Positions 16,484 through 22,363 of a stretch of 35,312 nucleotides of DNA are shown here, piece by piece. The notes below the pieces were generated by a model. The model was not told the DNA's origin. It saw nothing but the letters and a program-made list of their open reading frames with translations, and made no database searches. Position 1 is the first letter of the stretch; each line of letters begins with the position of its first letter. A program made the translations under genes and the position numbers. Origin of the DNA: Patescibacteria group bacterium (GTDB lineage: Bacteria > Patescibacteriota > Patescibacteriia > UBA2591 > JAQUPP01); assembly GCA_028716665.1 (NCBI GenBank), contig JAQUPP010000001.1, forward strand, positions 1 through 35,312, in the 5' to 3' direction.

Positions 16484-18103
16484 TTAAATTAATTTTTTAA
16501 TCATTTCCTCTTCTTCTTTTAAAATATTTTCCCATAAATTAAAATTTTTGGAAGAAATAATTTCCATTTTATCTTTTAAATTTTTATTCAAAAGATTAAA
16601 GTTGTCGGGGTTATTCTCAATTAAATTAAGCAAAACGTCAATTTGCTCCAAATTTAAATGGCCGATCAACCTAAGCCAAAAATCTTTATCTTCCTTGCTT
16701 AAAGAAGAAAGAGAAATTATTTTTGTTAATCTTCTTTGTTGAATAAGGTCTTTAAATAACTCATCTATATTATTATTTTGATCTTCCATATTTACATTAT
16801 GTCTCATTTTATCGCTTTTGTCAATAATTATATTTAAGCCGATAATTAACCAAAATAAAACTGACAAATCATTTTTAAAATAAGGAGTGTCCACCAAACC
16901 ATGAATTAATATTGTTACCATGGCGGCCATAATCGTTAAGCTGGTAGGTTGGTAAGTTGGTAAGTTAATAAGTTTTATTTTTCTAAATCCGTCACGAAAA
17001 AATTTAATTAAAATCCACAAAAAAACAATCAATCCTGCCAACCCTAATTCGCACCAAAGAGCCAAAAATAAATTATGCGGATAAGGATGAGTTTCCACGG
17101 AAATCAATTGATGCGTTATTGGATCATAAAATCTGGCTTGATATTGGGAAATTAAATTCTGATAACCGCTTAAACCCACACCTAAAATCGGGTTGGTTTT
17201 AATCAAAGAAATCGCCCCTTGCCAAATATTAACCCGCAATTGTCCGGAAAGATTATAAAAAGTCACTTCTTGCCAAACATAATTTCGCGCCACTGGCAGC
17301 AATTCAATAATTAATAATAAAATAATTAAAGCAATTGTCGTCCACTTCCTGCTTGATTTATGAACAAGTCCCATAAAAATCAACCCGGCTAAAACTCCCA
17401 AAATCGCCCCATTACTTCTCGCTAAAATAATAGCTAAAACTGAAAATAAAATAGTAAAAGAATAAAATAAAATTTCAAATAATTCTTTATTTAATTTTAA
17501 ATTTTGCATTGTCATTTTGACTTTTGCACTTTGCACTTTGCACTTTAACTGGCCAATGGCCAGTATTATAATCGGACCCAGATACAATCCTAAAAAATTT
17601 GACTGGGGAAACAGACCGGTCGCCCGCCAAGTTTTCGGCGCGCCCCAAACTTCAGTGCTCATCATGCCGCCGAAATGAAAAATCTTTTGGCAAATCGCCC
17701 AAACAGAACAATAAAAAGCGGAAAAAATCAGCGCGTTTAAAATTAAATTAAAATCTTTTTTTGTTTTTATCAAATCAAGAAAAACTATTAATAAAAGAAT
17801 CGGTTCAATAAAATACGCTTTCCAGATTCCGGCCGCCTCTCGCAAATTTGGAGCAATAAACATGGAAATGGTGGCCACTGCTAACCAAATCAGAATTATC
17901 CAAAACCAGTTATTTAATTTTAAATTTTGAATTGTAATTTTGATTTTTGATTTTTGATTTTTGATTTTTTGTATCAGCCAAACTAAAAACAAAATCAAAA
18001 TCATTATTTCCAATAAAGTCATCGGCAAACCTAAAATCTGAAATCTGATTTGATAAGCCGGTAAAGCGGCGCAAACTAAAACTAAAAAATAAAAAATATA
18101 CAT
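16484..18103 (-). CDS. O-antigen ligase/polymerase-like (Wzy_C family) membrane protein with a soluble C-terminal tail
   Basis: 539 aa, more than 10 TM segments. The loop with ...RSNGAILGVLAGL... and HPHNLFL... is typical of O-antigen ligase-like proteins. It contains three low-complexity in-frame DNA repeats. Confidence 0.7.
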   Translation of the reverse strand: MYIFYFLVLVCAALPAYQIRFQILGLPMTLLEIMILILFLVWLIQKIKNQKSKIKITIQNLKLNNWFWIILIWLAVATISMFIAPNLREAAGIWKAYFIEPILLLIVFLDLIKTKKDFNLILNALIFSAFYCSVWAICQKIFHFGGMMSTEVWGAPKTWRATGLFPQSNFLGLYLGPIIILAIGQLKCKVQSAKVKMTMQNLKLNKELFEILFYSFTILFSVLAIILARSNGAILGVLAGLIFMGLVHKSSRKWTTIALIILLLIIELLPVARNYVWQEVTFYNLSGQLRVNIWQGAISLIKTNPILGVGLSGYQNLISQYQARFYDPITHQLISVETHPYPHNLFLALWCELGLAGLIVFLWILIKFFRDGFRKIKLINLPTYQPTSLTIMAAMVTILIHGLVDTPYFKNDLSVLFWLIIGLNIIIDKSDKMRHNVNMEDQNNNIDELFKDLIQQRRLTKIISLSSLSKEDKDFWLRLIGHLNLEQIDVLLNLIENNPDNFNLLNKNLKDKMEIISSKNFNLWENILKEEEEMIKKLI

Positions 18104-18253
18104 ACCAGGTAGTGAAAATTTGACAGTTATTATTTTGTCAAAATTTTAAAAAATTATATTATTTAATAAAAATATTATTCATACTCTATACCATAGTAGT
18201 GTTTTAAATTTTCCCTTTGGAAAAATTTTGGTCAAATTTCTACTACCTGGCAT
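18102..18253. repeat. Inverted-repeat-bracketed element 1 (23-nt arms, unrelated core)
   Basis: ATACCAGGTAGTGAAAATTTGAC (18102-18124) and GTCAAATTTCTACTACCTGGCAT (18231-18253). It fills the whole flippase-ligase intergenic space. The left arm abuts and overlaps the ligase-like start codon. Confidence 0.8.
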
Positions 18254-18258
18254 AAAAA

Positions 18259-19680
18259 TTATTTCAAATTCGCAATTTCTTTAATGGTTTGAGAAGAAAT
18301 TGTTTTCAAAAAATAAAGCGCGGCAAAATATATTATTATTGCCACAAAAATCAGGAAAAATAAATTTTGGCCGCTTAAAATCAACAGAAAAAATCCCATA
18401 ATCAAGCTGGCCAGAAGCGACTTTGAACCGATTTTAAAATTGGGCAAAAATTTGGTTGTTTTATAAATAATCCAGAAGGATAAAACCGTGGTCAATAATT
18501 CGGCGATAATTGTCATATAAGCCGCACCGTAATAAGAATATGTAGGAATAAAAATAAGGTAACCGATTAAACCCACTAGAGCGGAAATAAAATAAAAAGG
18601 AAGCATTAATTTTTGTTTTTCTATGGCAACCACGGCATAAGTTGACAAAGTTCCCAAGAAAATCAAACCGGTGGCCCAAATTAAAATTCTGAGCGGCGGC
18701 GCGGAAACAAGAAAATCTGCGCCGGCAACAAACATCATCAAAGGCGCGGCCAAACACATTGTTCCGATAATGAGCGGCCAAATAATAACCATAAAAAAAT
18801 CAAAAGATTTTTGAAAAATCATTTTAAAAGATTCAAGATTTTGTTCAGCCCATGAACGGCTTAAATAAGGCATAATCAATCCGACAAAGATCGGCGGAAA
18901 CATAATCAAAGTTTCTAAAATTCGATAAGATGCGCCGTAAATGCCGACATCGTTCTGCGATTGGAACAGAGAAAGAATAATCGTGTCACCCTTAAAATAA
19001 ACTGTTGTCAAAATCATTGAAAGAGCGACCGGCCAAGATTTTTTAAAAATATTCAAATGAGCATGGAAATCGGGCAATAAAGATATTTTGATTTGCTGGC
19101 CCAAAAATCGATAAAGAACATAAAATTCAACCAAACTGGAAAAAATAAGAGCCACCAAAACTCCAATCAAATGCGTTTTCAATAAAATCGCCGATTCGGT
19201 TAGAATTAATAAAACCAAACGGCCGGCTATTTCGGCAAAAACCACTTTTTTAATTTGCATTTTGGTCTGAAAAAAACCGGTCAATAACTGACTCAAAGAA
19301 GTGAAAATATAACTAAAAACAGTAATGAATATTCCGATTCTTATCAAGCCTGAATATTGAGGAATCAACAAGGCAATCAAGGGAGCGATGAACAAAAGAA
19401 CAATACTGGAAATCAAACGAAAACTGAAAAAATCACTGATTACTTTTTTTTCATCGGTTTTAGGCGCGGAAAGTATTTGAATAAAAACCAAATATAAACC
19501 AAGATTGGCGAAAATGGCAAAAACTTGAAGAAATGAAGTTACGGTCGTAAATTGACCAAATCCTTCTGTGCCCAAATAGTGAGTGATCATACTGAAAATA
19601 ATCAAACTCAAAAAAAGGCTGATTATTTTGCCGACTAAATGGACAAATGTGTTTTTACTGACCAAACTGGTTAAACTCAT
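18259..19680 (-). CDS. Polysaccharide/oligosaccharide flippase (Wzx/MOP superfamily)
   Basis: 473 aa, about 12-14 TM. The N-terminus KNTFVHLVGKIISLFLSLI...LGTEGFGQF is typical of polysaccharide biosynthesis (Polysacc_synt) proteins. Confidence 0.8.
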   Translation of the reverse strand: MSLTSLVSKNTFVHLVGKIISLFLSLIIFSMITHYLGTEGFGQFTTVTSFLQVFAIFANLGLYLVFIQILSAPKTDEKKVISDFFSFRLISSIVLLFIAPLIALLIPQYSGLIRIGIFITVFSYIFTSLSQLLTGFFQTKMQIKKVVFAEIAGRLVLLILTESAILLKTHLIGVLVALIFSSLVEFYVLYRFLGQQIKISLLPDFHAHLNIFKKSWPVALSMILTTVYFKGDTIILSLFQSQNDVGIYGASYRILETLIMFPPIFVGLIMPYLSRSWAEQNLESFKMIFQKSFDFFMVIIWPLIIGTMCLAAPLMMFVAGADFLVSAPPLRILIWATGLIFLGTLSTYAVVAIEKQKLMLPFYFISALVGLIGYLIFIPTYSYYGAAYMTIIAELLTTVLSFWIIYKTTKFLPNFKIGSKSLLASLIMGFFLLILSGQNLFFLIFVAIIIYFAALYFLKTISSQTIKEIANLK

Positions 19681-19823
19681 ACCAGGTAGTGAAAATTTGA
19701 CTACTTAAATAATTTGATGTTATTGAAATCTAAACTAGATACCAGAATAGCAAGAATTTGATTTATTAATATTTATTTTTAGTCCCGCTTTAACGGGACG
19801 GTCAAATTTCTACTACCTGGCAT
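19679..19823. repeat. Inverted-repeat-bracketed element 2 (same arms as element 1, different core)
   Basis: ATACCAGGTAGTGAAAATTTGAC (19679-19701) and GTCAAATTTCTACTACCTGGCAT (19801-19823). The left arm abuts and overlaps the flippase start codon. Confidence 0.8.
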
Positions 19824-19901
19824 ATTTAATTAAATTATATCAAAAAATAACAATTTGGCAATTGATTCCACGTCTTTATATTATTACTAAAAGGCACGGG
19901 G

Positions 19902-19931
19902 TTGACAAAAACGTAAAAAATGTGCTAAAAT
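19902..19931 (+). promoter_or_regulatory. Strong sigma-70 promoter of the rSAM-peptide operon
   Basis: TTGACA (19902-19907), an 18-nt spacer, an extended -10 TGc and TAAAAT (19926-19931). AAGGAGG Shine-Dalgarno at 19974-19980. Confidence 0.65.
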
Positions 19932-19986
19932 AATAACAATTACCCCTCTAGTTTGGGGGTGCAGTACCTTAAAAAGGAGGCAAAAG

Positions 19987-21252
19987 ATGAAAAAAAATTT
20001 CTTTTTTCTGAATAAAAAATGTGTTCTAGTTAAAGGGGCTTTGTGCGGTGCTTTATATGATTTGAAAACAGGAAATGTTTATTCAATTGATAGAACCTCA
20101 TTAAGACTTCTGGATTTTTGTAGTGAGGAAGGATTCTCTCTAAAAGAAGTTCTGGATATTTTAAATAATGAGTTGGCCAAGAAAGAAGCCTTGAGTTATT
20201 TATTACAACTTCAAAAAATGGGGTTGGGGAATTTTTCTCAAAGAAAAAAGATTAAGAGAAAAATAATGTTATTTTGTAACAAGAAAAAATTAGATTTTCT
20301 TTGGATAGAGTTAACCTCAAGTTGCAATCTAAGATGTCTCCACTGTTATAATTCCAGTGGTTGCAGAAAACTCGAATCAGAGAATATGGAATTAACAGAC
20401 TGGAAGAGAACTATTTCTCAGGCGAGAAAAATAGGATGTCGGAAGATTCAATTTACCGGTGGGGAACCGCTCTTGTGTCGACCTACTCTTTATCTATTGA
20501 TAAAATATGCCAAGAAATTACATTACGACTTTATCGAAATTTTTACAAACGGGACACTTCTGACAGATTCTGATATTGAGTATTTTTTAAAACAGAAGGT
20601 TCATGTAGCAGTTTCTTTTTATTCTGTTATAGAAAAAATCCATGAGAGTATTACTCAAGAATGTGGTAGTTATAAAAATACACTTTCAAACTTGAGAAAA
20701 CTTCAGAAAGCGGGCGTACCTTTCCGAATAGCTATTACGGTTATGAGAAACAACCAGAATTGCATAAAATCTACTGTTCGCTTTCTTAGAAAAAAAGTAG
20801 GGGCCGAAAAGATTAAATATGATATAGTGCGTCCTCTTGGTCGGGGCTGTGAATCAGGACTACTTACTGAAAATCTTAAGAAGGATTTACTCATTAAAAA
20901 ACCAAAATTTACCAAAATCCATGAGAAAACCTTTTTAAAAAGATTCTGTGGGCATAATTGTTATTCAGATCATTTATGTATTTCATCGCAGGGCGATATT
21001 TTCCCTTGTATTATGGAACGCGGATTAAAATTGGGTAATATAAAAAAAGATTCCATACAAAAAATTTGGGAATCTTCAACGGCTCAAAAAATAAAAAGTT
21101 TATCTAAAGATAAAATAATGGTTTGTCGAGACTGCGAATATCGCTATGCTTGTTTTGATTGCCGAGCAAAAGTGATGCAGCAAACAGGAAATTTATATGC
21201 GAAGCCTTTAGAATGCCAGTATAATCCCTATACGGGCAGATGGGGGCAGTAA
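19987..21252 (+). CDS. Radical SAM/SPASM-domain peptide maturase (RiPP-type) with N-terminal extension
   Basis: 421 aa. CNLRCLHCYN is the CxxxCxxC cluster motif. QFTGGEPL follows. The SPASM Cys pattern is C-x10-G-x4-C (CYSDHLCISSQGDIFPC), CRDCEYRYACFDC and a final ECQ. A ~100-aa domain precedes the rSAM core. Confidence 0.88.
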   Translation: MKKNFFFLNKKCVLVKGALCGALYDLKTGNVYSIDRTSLRLLDFCSEEGFSLKEVLDILNNELAKKEALSYLLQLQKMGLGNFSQRKKIKRKIMLFCNKKKLDFLWIELTSSCNLRCLHCYNSSGCRKLESENMELTDWKRTISQARKIGCRKIQFTGGEPLLCRPTLYLLIKYAKKLHYDFIEIFTNGTLLTDSDIEYFLKQKVHVAVSFYSVIEKIHESITQECGSYKNTLSNLRKLQKAGVPFRIAITVMRNNQNCIKSTVRFLRKKVGAEKIKYDIVRPLGRGCESGLLTENLKKDLLIKKPKFTKIHEKTFLKRFCGHNCYSDHLCISSQGDIFPCIMERGLKLGNIKKDSIQKIWESSTAQKIKSLSKDKIMVCRDCEYRYACFDCRAKVMQQTGNLYAKPLECQYNPYTGRWGQ

Positions 21253-21273
21253 ATAACAAAAGGAGGTGAAAAA

Positions 21274-21414
21274 ATGTTAAAGATCACGAATGTTACAACA
21301 GAAAAAGGAGGAGCGAAAACTTCTTGCCCTCCTGAAGACCATTGTAACCCTACTGACGGGAAGCCATGTAACCCAGAATGTATTCCTTCTGCCTGTGCAC
21401 CAGCGGGTAATTAA
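21274..21414 (+). CDS. Candidate RiPP precursor peptide, 46 aa, 5 Cys and 7 Pro (absent from the supplied ORF track)
   Basis: ATG at 21274, preceded by AGGAGGTG (21261-21268). Translation: MLKITNVTTEKGGAKTSCPPEDHCNPTDGKPCNPECIPSACAPAGN, with TAA at 21412-21414. It starts 21 nt after the rSAM stop and is followed by a terminator. Confidence 0.7.
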   Translation: MLKITNVTTEKGGAKTSCPPEDHCNPTDGKPCNPECIPSACAPAGN

Positions 21415-21423
21415 TCTCATCGT

Positions 21424-21466
21424 AAATAGGCTTTATTGTTATAAAACAGTAGAGCCTATTTTTTTG
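21424..21466. terminator. Stem-loop plus T-run ending the rSAM-peptide operon; it overlaps the 3' end of the convergent gene
   Basis: AAATAGGCT (21424-21432) pairs with AGCCTATTT (21453-21461), with a 20-nt loop, then TTTTTTT. Confidence 0.5.
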
Positions 21467-22242
21467 TCTATATTCTTCGAAAAAGTAAAAAAACTATTTT
21501 TTCCATTTTTATTTTCTCTAAGATATTTATGCCATTGAGGTAAAATTTGTTTTTCTAATTTTCTTAAAGATTTATGACCTATCTTAAATTTTCTTTCTTG
21601 GAAATATTTACCATTTTTATTCAACCTTATTCGCAACTCATTATCGCAGATGAGTTCAATTAGAGCGTGAAGATTGGTTTTGTCTCCAGAATAATTCTTA
21701 GTCAAGAAATGCATTATTTCATGACATAAGTAAACGGTAGTGTAATTTTGCCAATCCTCAGAATGACCATAAGTAATTATATTTAATTTTTTACCCCAAT
21801 ATCTTCCATTATGAAGTGCGGGGTGAACCAAGTAAACAGTTAAGGTTGCATCAGGTAAGGTTATTCCGGTTATATTTTTTAGATGTTTTAACGCCTCTTC
21901 TTTATTTTTTGACCATTGATTTTCTATTTCTTTTTTATAATTTTTTGTTTCTTGATAAATTTTTTTAAACTCTCTCGATTGAAACTCTTTTTTCAATATT
22001 TTTTCTGCAATCTTAATTTTTTTAGAAAGAGCCTGAATAAAAGTTTTAATTTCTCTATTTTCTAAACTGAGAGAAGAAATAAACCAATTATAATAAATTC
22101 CCGAGAGAATATAGTATGTACTTTCGGACTTCTTCCATAAACTGGATCCTAAGAGTTTTTTATTCTTATCTAAAAATTCAGCCTGCTTTATCAATTGTAA
22201 ATAAAGATAAATTTTATTGATTTCAAATTTCAATTTAAACAT
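21439..22242 (-). CDS. Hypothetical HExxH (zincin-like) metallopeptidase-motif protein
   Basis: 267 aa, no signal peptide. VYLCHEIMHFL, with a possible third ligand Glu in HALIELICDNE about 20 residues later. Confidence 0.5.
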   Translation of the reverse strand: MFKLKFEINKIYLYLQLIKQAEFLDKNKKLLGSSLWKKSESTYYILSGIYYNWFISSLSLENREIKTFIQALSKKIKIAEKILKKEFQSREFKKIYQETKNYKKEIENQWSKNKEEALKHLKNITGITLPDATLTVYLVHPALHNGRYWGKKLNIITYGHSEDWQNYTTVYLCHEIMHFLTKNYSGDKTNLHALIELICDNELRIRLNKNGKYFQERKFKIGHKSLRKLEKQILPQWHKYLRENKNGKNSFFTFSKNIDKKIGSTVL

Positions 22243-22328
22243 AATTAATTTAAATATTTATATTTAAATTATAGCATAAAATAAAATAATATGCAAAATT
22301 AATATCTTACTAATCTTATACAAACTAG

Positions 22329-22356
22329 TTGACTAATTTTAGTTTTTTGTTAGAAT
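22329..22356 (+). promoter_or_regulatory. Promoter of the SpoIID-domain gene; predicts a leaderless or near-leaderless mRNA
   Basis: TTGACT (22329-22334), a 16-nt spacer, TAGAAT (22351-22356). The ATG at 22364 lies only 7 nt after the -10 element, and there is no Shine-Dalgarno. Confidence 0.5.
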
Positions 22357-22363
22357 ATACGAT

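Noticed and set aside
17520-17970. Tandem 6-7-mer tracts (GCACTT x3, GATTTTT x4) as a possible CRISPR array or minisatellite locus
   Set aside because: The units are far too short and have no spacers. They lie inside an intact ORF, and no cas genes are present.
21290-21538. 82-aa ORF in the supplied track (MLQQKKEERKLL...) downstream of the rSAM gene
   Set aside because: It is out of frame with the Shine-Dalgarno-preceded 46-aa peptide ORF that it overlaps, and it has no ribosome-binding site. It runs straight through the terminator hairpin and 100 nt into the convergent 21439-22242 gene. Its low-complexity product looks like a frame artefact.
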